Assembly: GCF_001194135.2 (NCBI RefSeq)
Contig: NC_068993.1
Span: 63,155,992-63,219,991 of the forward strand
Reading direction: 5' to 3'
DNA: 64,000 nt
Source of the DNA: Octopus bimaculoides
Lineage: Eukaryota
The position numbers and the translations under genes are program-made. Positions 50,714-62,937 of the stretch are shown piece after piece. The notes below the pieces were generated by a model that saw only the letters and a program-made list of their open reading frames with translations, was not told where the DNA came from and did no database searches. Each line of letters opens with the position of its first letter. Position 1 is the stretch's first letter.

Positions 50714-50785
50714 CCGTCTCCAAGAGATTGACATATTGTCTTGTTGAGATCATTTGCAGTAGTTACTCAAACATGCTCGCTACCA
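50714..50785 (-). other. Candidate 72-nt exon with stops in all three frames (UTR or poison exon)
   Basis: ctagtttcattttcag|TGGTAG...GAGACGG|gtaaga, near-consensus splice sites at both ends. Confidence 0.35.
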
Positions 50786-51484
50786 CTGAAAATGAAACTA
50801 GTGGAATTTCATTCTGTTCTTCACAGTTATTTTAAGACTTAACACTCGTACTTCAATATTTTCGCACACACAGTCATAACTTCTGACGTCGATACACCAG
50901 GAATAAAATAAAATGAAATGAAATAAAAATAGATAAATTGATTAAAAAAAAACAAGGTAATGATTTATTGATTTTTAAAAGGTAGAAACGTATACCATTG
51001 ATAGAATTAATGTTAGTTTATCACAGGTAAATATTTTAACGACCACCAGAGGAATGATTTGTTAGCCTCTCTCCATGCACTCTGCATGGGAGAATGTAAT
51101 CTCACATTTGTCTGTGAAGGGTTTCAATTTGGTCAGACTGAATCAAAGTTATAGTGGCCCTTACCTAGGTAGACATACACAGTATCTTTTAACTGTTACT
51201 GTTTACTTGTATCAATCATTGCTGGGGCATGACCTTGAAAAATTTTAGTTGAAGAAATCAACTCCAATACTTTTTTTTTAGGCCTGGTACTTATTCTATC
51301 AATCTATTTTGCTGAACTGCTAAGTTACATGGACTTAAACACACCAACACCAATTGAGAAGCAGTGGTGGGCGACAAACACAGACGCTAAAACTTCTAAG
51401 CATTCTATCCTGCCTGCTAATGGTTCTGCCAGCTCACAACCTTTCTAATAATAATAATAATAATAACAATAATAATGATATTAA

Positions 51485-51690
51485 TAATTTTCTAGTATAG
51501 GCACAAGGCCTGAAATTTTCGGGGAGGAAGCTAGTTGATTGCATCAACCCAGTAGTCAACTGGTATTTATTTTATTGACCTTGAGAGGATGAAAGGCAAA
51601 GTCAACCTCAATGGAATTTGATCTCGGAACATGAAGATGAATGAAATGCTGCTAAGCAATTTGTCCGGTGTACTAACGACTCTGCCAGCT
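51485..51690 (-). mobile_element. Family-1 SINE
   Basis: ggcacaaggcctgaaatttt...ggatgaaaggcaaagtcaacctc...ctaacgactctgccagct. Confidence 0.8.
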
Positions 51691-52883
51691 TATTTATATC
51701 TGGAAAGTTTTCTCCTCCTTTTTTTTAATTGCCAAGTTTTTGATCAGACCCTCATCATGAAGACTTTGAAATTATATTCTTCATCATATGTATCACTTTG
51801 AATGTTATTTAAGCAATTTTAAAGTGATTTCTTTTGTGCTGTAGACCATTTACCATTTCTGTGATGCTTCACCCTTCCCTTGATACCTTAAGCACGTGCT
51901 TATTTTGCTTAATAGTTATTCTGACAAAACCCTGTCCCCTATATCACAACTAGAACAGGGATTGCTGAAAATTTGTCATAGACCCCCACCAGATTAGAAA
52001 TTCTTTGAAATAGACCAGCCAGTTGATTTTTGTCAACTGCCAGAAGCTCTCCCCCAACCAAATCTCTTTGATCTTTCTACCAATACTCTGTGATAGAATG
52101 CTAATGCACAAATTTCACCAGCTGCATTGCACAATTGGTTGAAGGCTAAGTGCAGCTGACACCATTTAAGATTGCAGGTGCCTGGCACCGGTTTGGTTAA
52201 CTCTGCTGATAATGATAAAGTGAAGAATTGCTTTCCTTTCTCTCATTATTCTTACGAAATTTAAGATAATTGATAACGATCATACATAGTTTGTGTGTGT
52301 CTGTGTGTCCCTTTTATATAAGTAGCCGTTCACTTTGCCACTCTCACACTCACACAGACGAGACAGTCGTATATGGAGTGCTTTTGATCATAGGCTCTGA
52401 TATGGAGTTAAAACAACACATTCATATACACCAACATAGACACACACACTCACTCCCTCTTTCACAAACACACACACACATTGCTTATCATTGTTAGTTA
52501 TACATTGCGTGCTTCTGTCATTTGCTGGACAGGCACACTAAAACCTTGAGAGGATAAAAAGACAGAAAGAGAGAGAGAGAAAGAGGAGGAGAGAGAAAGA
52601 GGGTGAAGTGAAAATTAGTGGAGGGTTGGGAGAAGCAGGAGTAGGTAGGTGGGTGTTCTTAAAGTACCATATCAATGCCAACACAATGTTTTATTGATTC
52701 TTAAGCTTTTCCTCTCTATAATGCCTGATGCCGAAAAATCAGGGCTGGAATTAGACTTTTTACCATTTTCTCTTTCCTTTCCTTTTTTTGTCTCTCTTCC
52801 TGTTTTCTTTCCTCTCTTTTCTTCTGTTGGACCAATTCCAGCCTGCATATTCCTTACTGTTATTGATTATGTAAACTGCATAT

Positions 52884-52917
<34 letters not shown>

Positions 52918-53461
52918 ATATATGGCTATATGTGGAGGTACTTTTGAATTTCTTGCATGTAACTATTCTTAAGAACACCGTAAGGTTGTGAATGTGTATA
53001 TGCTCTATACACACACACACAAGAGTGACTACTACTCCTGTGTGTGTGTGTGTGTGTGTGTGTCTCTCTCTCTCTATATATATATATACACACATACGAA
53101 ATTTATTATAGGTGGGGAAACTACATGAGTAGCTCAAGGGCCAAGAGTTTCATGTGAATGCACTTAGAACATTTTCATGAGACACTCAGTCCTTGAGTCA
53201 TTGATGTATATTCTCAGCGATAATAAAATAATATAAGCATGCTATTTTATGTATCAAGTTCTGGTTCTCCTGTTTATATAAACAATCTCACACACACACA
53301 CACACACACAAAACCTATCTACATCATTTTGATTTATTACTGTACATTTAGATATGAACAATAAATGTCTGATCTTATAGCATGTATTTACACACGCATA
53401 CGCATACATTAGCACATATTCACCTACTTCTGCCTTCTTCTTGCTCTCTCTCTTTTTTGTT

Positions 53462-53525
<64 letters not shown>

Positions 53526-53581
53526 CTCTCTCTCTCTCTCTCTCATTTGCTATCTTTATCTCTCCCTCTACTACCCACATA

Positions 53582-54278
53582 CTGGGTCATCCCATAAATA
53601 ATGCGTTTTTTTTTTCAATTGCATGAACTAAAAGTCGGAGGGGGATGGGATAAACTACCTGCATCAACTTGTTATAAAAGCAGGAAGTAATTTTACTTTG
53701 TACTTATTCTTAGTGCAAGTTTTGAAGAGTGCAGATCGACTTTAACAGTTATTTTTCCAAAGCTCTAATGGAAGTGACAAAGGAGCATATTTGGCATATT
53801 TTGTTTTATGAGTTCAATAAAGGCAACAATGAAAATTGCGAGGAATATTAATACATATATGAGGATTGGACAAGAAGTGTAAGCCAGTGTCAATGGTGGT
53901 TCCAGAAAATCTGAGCCAGAAACTACAGCCTAGAAGACGAACTTCATCCTGGAAGATCTGCAGAGCTCAACAAGGACATCCTGCAAACCCTGGTGGAACA
54001 AAATCCCATCATAACTGTTGAGGAATTAGCAGAGAAGCTTGGATTTGGTCATTCAACCATTCATCAACACCTGCCTGCCATCGGGAAAGTCAGCAAATTG
54101 GGTCAATGGGTTCCTCACAAACTTTCCAAGTCTAATCAGGTGCAAAAAGGGAATATGTGCTCTTCTTTGCTGTCACATCTCACGAATGAATCTTTTTTGG
54201 ACCGAATAGTGACTGGTGACGAGAAATGGGTTCTCTATAAAAATGTCAAGCGCCAAAGACAGTGGTCTTCACCCATGT
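53582..54278 (+). mobile_element. Mariner 5' part: TIR plus transposase pseudogene up to the first catalytic D
   Basis: TA followed by ctgggtcatcccataaataatgcg. MEVTKEHIWHILFYEFNKG...TVEELAEKLGFGHSTIHQHL..IGKVSKLGQWVPHKL...RIVTGDEKWVLYKN (WVPHxL and TGDEKW motifs), with frameshifts. Confidence 0.9.
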
Positions 54279-54289
54279 AAGGCATTGTT

Positions 54290-54445
54290 ATCCTATCCAT
54301 TTTGTGAAGTGTTTGGCATTAGGAAGGGCGTGCAGCTATAGAAGCCATGTTAAAGCAGACATTGGTACTTGGTACAATCTTCTTGCTCATTTGGCTCCTG
54401 TCAAACCATCCAACCCAGCATGGAACATGGACGTAAAACGATAAT
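54290..54445 (+). mobile_element. RTE-type tail, truncating the mariner
   Basis: ggcattaggaagggcgtgcagctatagaagcc...aaaccatccaacccagcatggaacatggacgtaaaacgat. Confidence 0.7.
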
Positions 54446-56441
54446 CAGGAGGGGGAGGAGGAGAAGGATATCTAATCAACTCTTTATTGTGACTTGATTG
54501 ATCTTTTATTTCTCCTTTTTTTTTTTTTTTTGGTTTTATGTTATTAAATTTATTGATTAGTATCAAGAAACCTCAAATTTGTTCTGTGAAATTGTGTGGT
54601 GCAGCTTGCACTTTCTGTCTTGGATCCATACTAAACCAGAAATTCTCAACCAAGGAATTTCTGGGTTCCACAAGGGTTGAAAGGGCAGGAGGAGGTAGAG
54701 GGAGTGGGTCCATAAGTTGTGTTAAAAATCTGAAGAGATTGCAGTTTAAAATGTAAACTCGGTTATATGTAACTACATATATCTTTAACGATATTATGGT
54801 TTTGATTTCTAGACCAGCAATGTGTTGTGTTCTTGAGCAAAACACTTCACCTCATGTTCCTCCAGTTCATGAGTGACCCTGCAACAGACCGACACCATGT
54901 TCAAGGAGGAATATAGACGCCAGAGAAACCAGGAAACCAATTCTATGCTCCTTACAGAGAAATGGGGGATAAACCCCACCACATGCACACGTATGTGTGT
55001 GTAGGTGTGTCTGTAAATGTAACTGAAACAGTCAGCTGTAGGCTATGGCCTATCGACTGTTAACTATGAAATAACGGGGAATTACTTAGGAGAAGGTTTA
55101 ATGAGACCCCTACAGGCTAGAAAAAATGTCCTAATTTTATCTGTACTTTTGACATCTTGTTACATTGGTAAACTGAAATAAATGGCCTCTGGTCTTCTCA
55201 ATAATACTGACTCTGTCCCCCACATCACACCTTTTGCCTTTCTCTTTTGCTTATCCACTTTCTACCTCTCTCTTTCATTATTCCGCTCTTTCTCTTTCAC
55301 TGTTCCGCTCTTTCTCTTTCACTATTCTCAGTCTCTTTCTCTCACTTGTCTTTCCACTTTCTATACCCCTTCCCCTATCTCTTTCACTCTCCCTCCCACC
55401 TTCTCTCCTTTCCTCTAACCCCCCACTCTTCTTTCACCTCCCCCACCCTGCAAGTGTTCATCTTCGTTTTCTACTTCTTTTCTTTCACATTAACCATTTT
55501 CTTTTCTTCTCTCTTTCACTGCCACCACCACCACCACCACCGTTCTTCCTACACACCCTGCCAGAGTATTTTCAGCAGTTTAAACTTTGCCATCAGTTCA
55601 TGAGCAAAAGTCTAAATTTGTAAGAAGACAAAAGTCACTTCACTTCAAATACCGAAGCATCTTATCTATTGATCTGTTTTACTTTTCTTTCCATTTGAGG
55701 TTTTTTTTAATCTCTTATCTCCTCCTCCTCCTCCTTCTCCCCCAGTTGTAATCTCACTCATAAAGAAATCAAATTAGGTTTTATTTTTACTAAACTAATT
55801 ACTAATAGGATATTAGGATAATCATGTTTTTGATTTATATATCCTTCCTCTCTGGGGCTGACTGATTTGATTATAGGCTGCTGGCAACATAGATTTTGGC
55901 AGCTTGTTGGTTCTACTTCAAAATCATCTCATCTAAATTAAATAAGTGTTTGCAATATCCGGACCCATACATTTACTGAACTTCTTTCAGAAATGTGCTC
56001 TTGTTATGGAAACAAAGGGCATATTGAAATGAGCCTACTACAGAGTTTCTGTGTAGTTTGACCTACATGCTGCATGGAACAGCTAGCTCTGCCTCCGTAA
56101 ACTTACTTCCCACAGACGTTCTGGTGAGGCAGTCTCTCTATGCTTGCTGAACCTGTTAGAAATTGTAGCCGAAACTCTCACATGTCACATCCTGGTTTCT
56201 TAAAAAAGAAGAACAGATTGCATAATGTAATCCTAGGCACACTTTGTCTGAGAAAAAAAAAAGGCTGATCGAGACTGATCTATCAGGAATGACGTGGGAC
56301 TAAACACCAAAAATTTCCTATAGTAAAAAAGTCAGAGGGGTCTCTTAACCGTTTTTACTGCAGAAATCACACATATCCACTCAAAATTTCATTACCCTTA
56401 ACAGTAGAAAGCAGTTTTATACACCATTCTTTTATACGTCT

Positions 56442-56629
56442 CAGTCATTTGACTGCGGCCATGCTGGAGCACCGCCTTTAGTCAAACAAATCGACCCCAG
56501 GACTTATTCTTTGTAAGCCTAGTACTTATTATATCGGTTTCTTTTGCTGAACTGCTAGGTTACGGGGACGTAAACCTACCACCATCCGTTGTCAAGCGAT
56601 GTTGGTGGGACAAAGACAGACACGCAGAC

Positions 56630-56630
<1 letters not shown>
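56442..56630 (-). mobile_element. Family-2 SINE, 3' half, young
   Basis: tcagtcatttgactgcggccatgctggagcaccgcctttagtc...gttgtcaagcgatgttggtgggac. Confidence 0.85.
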
Positions 56631-56674
<44 letters not shown>

Positions 56675-57377
56675 AAAGATAAAAATCTTGTGTGTATTTT
56701 AGAAGTATAACCAATTTATATCTCATAAACCTTAACAACAAAATCTTATATGGAACCCGAAGGGCCATATGGATCCCGGTTCAGAACCACTAATCTATGG
56801 TATCTTAAGCAAGTCTCTTACCTTAGCTGAGCCCATTTTAGTACAAGGTACACCCTCACCTAGGATTTGAACTCAGCATTGAATGTACCGAAGCACTCAG
56901 CAAATTTACTATGCTGTCCTTCATTGAGTTGTTCCTGTTTTGCTCCATTAGTTTACAGTTAATCAGATTGGGCTGTTTAATGTATCCCTATCCAATGCCA
57001 ATAAAAGGCTATAGATTTGGTTGGGTGTCAATCCCTTACTAATTCATCCAACCATGTTCTCCCTTAAATCTGAAACCTCTGCAATAGAAAGAAGGTAGAA
57101 TGTCTATTGGGGGATTGTGTAATCAACTCCCTTCTGTGATTCATCTCTGTAGAACCAGAATTGTGTTTGCATTACAATAACATCAATATCCAGTTAATGA
57201 AGACTAAATTCTTGGATATTTCTTTCATTGATATTGATTTAATGAGTTACACTAATTAAGCCTTTGCTAATTGGCCATGTTTCCAATCAATTTAAAATGT
57301 ACGACAGATCAAAGTCTGGCCTTCCTGGTTTGTCTTTGTTTAAAACACCTTTCTATGTTCTTTACATCATACTCAAA

Positions 57378-57700
57378 GGTGCAGGCAGAGCCGTGTGGTT
57401 GAGAAGCTTCTTTCCCAATCTTGTGGTCGTGGGTTCAATCCCACTGTGTGGCACTTTTCTATTTTAGCCTGGGCTGACCAAAACCTTGTGAGTGGATTAG
57501 GTAGATGGAATCTGAAAGAATCCTGGTTTGTGCGTGTGGGTGTGTAACTTCTCATAACTTGGCAGATTGGCAAAAGAAACTGATAGAATAAGTACTGAGT
57601 TTAAAAAGTAAGTCCTGGGGTCGAATTGTTTGACTAAAACACCTTCAATACAGTGCTCCAGCTTGGCAACAGTTCCGTGACTGAAGCAAGTTAAAGATAA
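57378..57700 (+). mobile_element. Family-2 SINE
   Basis: ggtgcaggcagagccgtgtggtt...gggttcaatccc...aagtcctggggtcga...gtgctccagc. Confidence 0.8.
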
Positions 57701-58622
57701 AAAATACATATCTTATTTATTTATATCCCACCCAGGGAACAATGGCACCATTAGTTTTGGGTACCCAGTGGTCATGTCACAAGTCCACCTCATTTCTGGT
57801 GGCAAAAGTGACAAGTGAGTGTCTGTAATTCAGTACAGAACAAATATCACAAGGAACATAATGGAATATAACGGAAAAGAAGCCAAATCTCTCTCACATC
57901 ATATTCTAACATCTTAGCAAAACACAAACTGAAAAATGTATTCTTGGGTGCACTTGTGTAACTAGGGAAATGAGAGGATGATCATGACTAGAAGGGTCAT
58001 TGGTCATTGGTCTGCTACACAAATGACTCTTAACAAAGCAACGTTTGGCTTGCTTAAAAACGCATTTGAAAGAAAAGTGGATGTAACAGGAAAAAAATGT
58101 CTTAAAGACTCAGTATTTGTGTAAGGGTTTATATGTGAATTACCTCCCTTTGTAAGAAACTCCTCTGTTGGATAAGTAAATTTAGGTGTCAGAAGACAAA
58201 CTAGTTGTTGATGTTTAGCTTCCAGTTTGGTACTGTGATCAAAAGTACTCAATCAAACCGTGCCATCCCATGCCAGCATGGAAAGCATACGTTAAAGGAG
58301 GATGATGATGATAATGTTGCAAAACTAAAGAACAATGTATAATTTGACCCCACATTGTCCTTGATTGAGCTGACCTGTGATCAAGGCATTTCAGCCATGG
58401 CCATCCCATCTTCAATTTTTAATGCACCCCTGACCATGACACCTAATACTGTTTTTTTTTACCTCTTTAATATAGTAAATTTTACTTGAGGGAGATTTAG
58501 CTACTATTTCTAGCACTTTGACTATCCATGTCGAATCTCTTTAGTTGGCTAGAAAAAACATGGCTGTATTTGAAGAACTATGAAAAGATTAAGATTTAAT
58601 TGGAAAAAGTGATATGTTTCCA

Positions 58623-58842
58623 TTAACTCTTTTCTTACCATGTTTATGTTGAAATTCACTGCCTATATTTTAATTAATTTTGAAAATAATGAAGAATTTC
58701 ATAATATAAAATATAACTTTGTTGTTATTTTATCTGGTGTTTTGGAACATAAATTAACATGGAAGATTTCTAATTTAGATCATTTTTAAAATGAGAAGAG
58801 AATGCAGAACGGTCTCAGGTGGATTGGCATTAAAAAGGTTAA
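58623..58842. mobile_element. piggyBac-like MITE flanked by TTAA
   Basis: ttaactcttt...aaaaaggttaa. Confidence 0.5.
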
Positions 58843-59410
58843 TTTAACATCTCAATTGATGGAGAGCTTAAATATAATAGAACCAGCCTAGGAATTGAGT
58901 TGCTGCTTTGTATTGTTCAATACCTACCTACCAACACTTCATTCCTGCCACTGATTAAACAGCCACATGAACACTCAACGACTTTATAATCTTGTCTCCT
59001 TTCTGGTATATTAACATTATGATTGACTGGTCTCATAACAGCTGGCCTCCAGAGCAGTGTAATGTTTTAATTGAATGAATGAATAAATAAATAAATAATG
59101 AAAAGGTTTGCACTGATCAATATTAACTTGTCTTACATACAGTTCAGGCATTGTTCTTTGAGGAAATATTTCAGCATCTCTATCGGATTAGAGATAAATT
59201 TAATGTAATAATACTTTGCAATATTGTAAGAGAATCAAACTGCAATTGTGTTTGATTTGATGTATAACATTTACAAGAACCTGTAGCGACTTCTTTTCTT
59301 ATCTCATTGCGTATCTTTATTTCTTTACTCCAACACCCTCGGCCATGCATTCTGCTGCTGCTTCCACACTGAAGCAGCAGCAGCTAAGTTTTTTTTATGT
59401 ATTCTAACAG

Positions 59411-59428
59411 ATGTCTATGCTCATTCAG
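59411..59428 (+). other. Candidate plus-strand 18-nt microexon (DVYAHS or MSMLIQ)
   Basis: ttttttttatgtattctaacag|ATGTCTATGCTCATTCAG|gtgaaa, with branch-like ttctaac. Confidence 0.2.
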
Positions 59429-59629
59429 GTGAAATTATCTCTCAGATAATAGTGTCTTAGAAACATGTAAAAAGGGGTGGTGGTGGTGGTAGTGGTGGCG
59501 GCGGTGGTAGTGGTGGCGGCGGTGGTGGTAATTAAAAAGGAAAGAAATTAAAGATTGTATGTTAAGGAAGTAGCAACAGCCCTAAAATATTTTGTGTTGC
59601 AGAAATTAGATAATCTTTTGTCTTTCACT

Positions 59630-59870
59630 TGTTTCAGTCATTGGACTGTGGCCATACTGGGGCACCAACACAAGGGGTTTTTAGTCAAACAAAACCCCAA
59701 TACTTATTTTTAAGCCTGGATGCTTTATTCTTTCACTCACTTTTGCTGAACCACTAAGTTATTGTGACATAAACAAACCAACACTTGATGTCAAGCAGTG
59801 GATGGGAAACAAGCACACACATACAATGGGCTTCTTTCTGTTTCCATCTTCCAGATTCACTATAGTTGTG
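59630..59870 (-). mobile_element. Family-2 SINE
   Basis: cttgtttcagtcattggactgtggccatactggggcacc...ttttgctgaaccactaagtt. Confidence 0.75.
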
Positions 59871-59944
59871 GTGTCAAATAATAATAATAAAATAAAAGAA
59901 AAAACTATAATCTTGTATCAGCTATTACTTAACTAACCTGATAT

Positions 59945-60120
59945 ACTAGTAGTGGTTGTGGTGGTGGTGGTGGTGGTGGTGTTGGCAGTGGTGGTGGTGG
60001 TGATGGTGGTGGTGGCGGCAGCAGTGGTGGTGGTGGTGTTGTTGGCAGTGGTTGTGGTGGTGTTGGCAGTGGTGGTGGTGGCGGCGGCGGCAGCGGTGGT
60101 GGTGGTGGTGGTTATTGTTG
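59945..60120. repeat. (GGT)n-derived microsatellite with gttggcagt interruptions
   Basis: Direct reading. It produces the poly-His ORF on the minus strand. Confidence 0.85.
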
Positions 60121-60619
60121 CAGTATAAATGGAGTAATGTGTGTAATATATTTCTTAAAATCTCCATTACAAGATTTATGTGTTTATGTGCCTGAACAAA
60201 TGTCTTTGTTTTTTTTTTGTTTTTTCATTTATCAAAATATATTAATATCTTAAAACACATTTTATTGGATGTTTGGGTCAGCTCAAGAAATAATATCCGA
60301 ATCAGAATCCAAAGGTCATTTTTCACTTTTGTTTTTGTTTGCAGCTGCCATTGCAGGAGTTTTCTTTAAGGCCACAGTCTGTCTCCTATGTTTAATGTAG
60401 GAGCCTCTACGTGGTCATCGAATCTGCTAGAAACAACAATGAAACTCCCTCAGCTAACACATCACTGTCTTCAGTACATAAAGCTCATATTAGACGTGCA
60501 GTTATGCATACTTTTACAGAGATAGGATGGTCATGATTGGAATGTCTTTTGATCAAAGGTTTGCTCAGTTAGGACTGGGGTTACACAGTAGCAACAAAAC
60601 ATACAATTATATTGTATAT

Positions 60620-61107
60620 CATCATCATCATTTAATGTCTCTTTTCCATGCTGGCATGGGTTGGATGGTTTGACGAGCTGGCAAACCAAAGAGCTGCACC
60701 AGGATCCATTTGTCTGTTTTGGCATGGTTTCTGTGGACGGCTGCCCTTGCTAATGCTGACCACTTTACAGAATGGACTGGGTGCTCTTCATGTGAAACCA
60801 GCACGGGTGCATTTGACATCAGTACAGGTGCTTTATATGCAGCTGTGTGTTCATATAAAGACATACCAAAGCCAGCTGGTTATGAAGTTTATTTTGTAAT
60901 GACAGATCTTGAGTTTAACCCCATTGCAAGGCATCATGGGTAAGTGACTTTTACCTTACAGCAAGAACCTTACCTATTCTGTTTCAACTCCCTTCATACA
61001 TCTCCTTGCATAAAACTACCTCCCTCTCTCCACTCTAACCCCATTCAGGTGAAAATGTTGGTCTTGCAAGCTGCACAGCAACCTCATTAGTGCTGGTGCT
61101 ATGAAAA

Positions 61108-61138
<31 letters not shown>

Positions 61139-61300
61139 CCACTCTCTAAAATGGGGCGGGGAGGCATAAGGGAAGGCATCTGACCTTAGAAACCATGCCA
61201 AAGCAGACCTTGGAGCATGATGTAGTCTTTCAATTCGTCAGACCCAGTCAAATTGTTTGACCCATGCCAACAGAGACCATAGACGTTTAATGATGATGAT
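60620..61300. mobile_element. Two RTE-type tails in opposite orientation (about 60620-60850 minus, 61020-61300 plus)
   Basis: catcatcatttaatgtc..tttccatgctggcatgggttggatgg, and ggaaggcatctg...acccatgcc...gtttaatgatgatgatg. Confidence 0.7.
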
Positions 61301-61456
61301 GACATTGTGCTATTGTTAATGTAGGTCAACTAATACTAGGTCAACTAGTATTAGAGATGACTACCACCATCACCATGGCCATTACTACTACAACAAGTAC
61401 TCCCACATATGCATTCACATCTAATTGCTAAATAACAAAGACTGAATAACTTATAG

Positions 61457-61521
61457 CTGTAGAAAAAAAAAACAAAAAAAAAGAAGAAAAAAGGCAGACA
61501 AAAAATAAACATCCTACTCAC
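61457..61521 (-). other. Candidate 65-nt GT-AG intron
   Basis: CAT|gtgagtaggatg...ttttttcttcttttttttgttttttttttctacag|CTA. Confidence 0.4.
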
Positions 61522-61899
61522 ATGAGGGTGTGCTAATTTGCATATTGATGTTAATTTAACAAGCATCATTAAGAAATTTCTAATATCTGAACACCATTTG
61601 TCTGATCTGGTGTAATATATTTGTTTGCTTTTAATGTTTCTATGAATAGAATGCAGCATAAATTATTAATCTGATGAATTCTATGTCTGTCGGTTGCATA
61701 TTTCTGTGATAAACTGGCAAAACTTCTGCTCGTTGGAAGAGTGAAATATCTGAAATCACAGCTTGTCGAATGGGTTGTTTTTAAAAAAAATGTTTGATTA
61801 GCTGAATATGCCATGTTTCTGCTGCTGGAGACGACGATTGGCTGGTGTAGTTTGATTACTTTTTTACTTTTGCTTGTTTTAGTCAAAAGACTACAGCCA

Positions 61900-62305
61900 G
61901 GTGGCAGCACCACCTTCAAACATTTTTTTGTCAAATGAATTGACTCCAGTCCTACGTTTAAAAATTTTTTTTTTTTGAAGCTTGGTATTATTATAGTGTT
62001 CCCTTTTGCTGACCCACTAAGTTAAGGCGATATAAACACACAAACACCTGTTATCAAGGGGTTGTGGAGGACAGACAGATATAAAAGAACAAAGGTGATG
62101 CACCAGCATTGCCTCGGTCTCTGGCTGAAACCGGTAAAATATAAAATATATATAATGGGTTTCGTTCAGTTTCTGCCTACCAAATCCATTCGCAAAGCTT
62201 CGGTTGGCCTGAGGCTGTGGTAGGAGATACTTGTTTAAGGCACAGTGCCATGAGATTGAACTCGGAACCATGTGGTTGGGAAGCAAGCTTCTTACCACAC
62301 AGCCA
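61900..62305 (-). mobile_element. Family-2 SINE, full length, degenerate
   Basis: gcagcaccaccttcaaac...cagtttctgcctaccaaatcc...gaactcggaaccatgtggttgggaagcaagcttcttaccacacagcc. Confidence 0.8.
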
Positions 62306-62885
62306 TAATTACGGAAACAAGATTTTGGACTTTTGAGAATTATTTAATGTCATATTGATCAAGATGTTGTCAATGGTGAATTTATGATTTGGATAAAGAG
62401 ATATAAATGTCACAGAAGTAGACATAAAGTGCTTTTGTCTTTCTTCATCAGACATCAGCATTCACAAATGTTGTTTAAGTTCCAAATCAGCTTTGGTCAA
62501 AGTAGATCTTTGAACAAAGATATCCCACCTAAGCTTGCTTCCTAACATGATTGGGAAGTGAGCTTCTTATGGCATGGGTCTCAGTGGAACGGAACTCATG
62601 TGGTCTCCAGTTCAGTCCCAATGTGTAGTATCTTCAGCAAGTGTCTCCATACTATTAGCCCTCAGTCAGCCAAAGCCTTGTGAATGGGTTTATATCGGGT
62701 GCCGGGAAGAGAGCTGGCAGAATCATTAAGCATGCCAGGTAAAATTCCGGTTTTTCATTCTGAGTTCAAATTCCACCAAAGCTTCTGTTGATTTGACCAA
62801 CTAAGTACATACCATTGGTCAGCTTGATTAGACCAACTTGTCAGTAAATGGCAACAATGCTCTCTCTCTCCCCCCTCTCTCTCAA

Positions 62886-62937
<52 letters not shown>

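Noticed and set aside
59946-60167. His/Cys/Gln-rich ORF suggesting a metal-binding peptide
   Set aside because: It is simply the reverse reading of a (GGT)n microsatellite, with no splice or start context.
60345-60395. Plus-strand frame LPLQEFSLRPQSVSYV* with a PDZ-like end
   Set aside because: The acceptor is good, but the 3' end abuts a dispersed repeat and a second frame is equally open.
5490-62305. tRNA-like A/B-box sequences
   Set aside because: All continue into SINE bodies and none forms a complete cloverleaf, so they are not tRNA genes.
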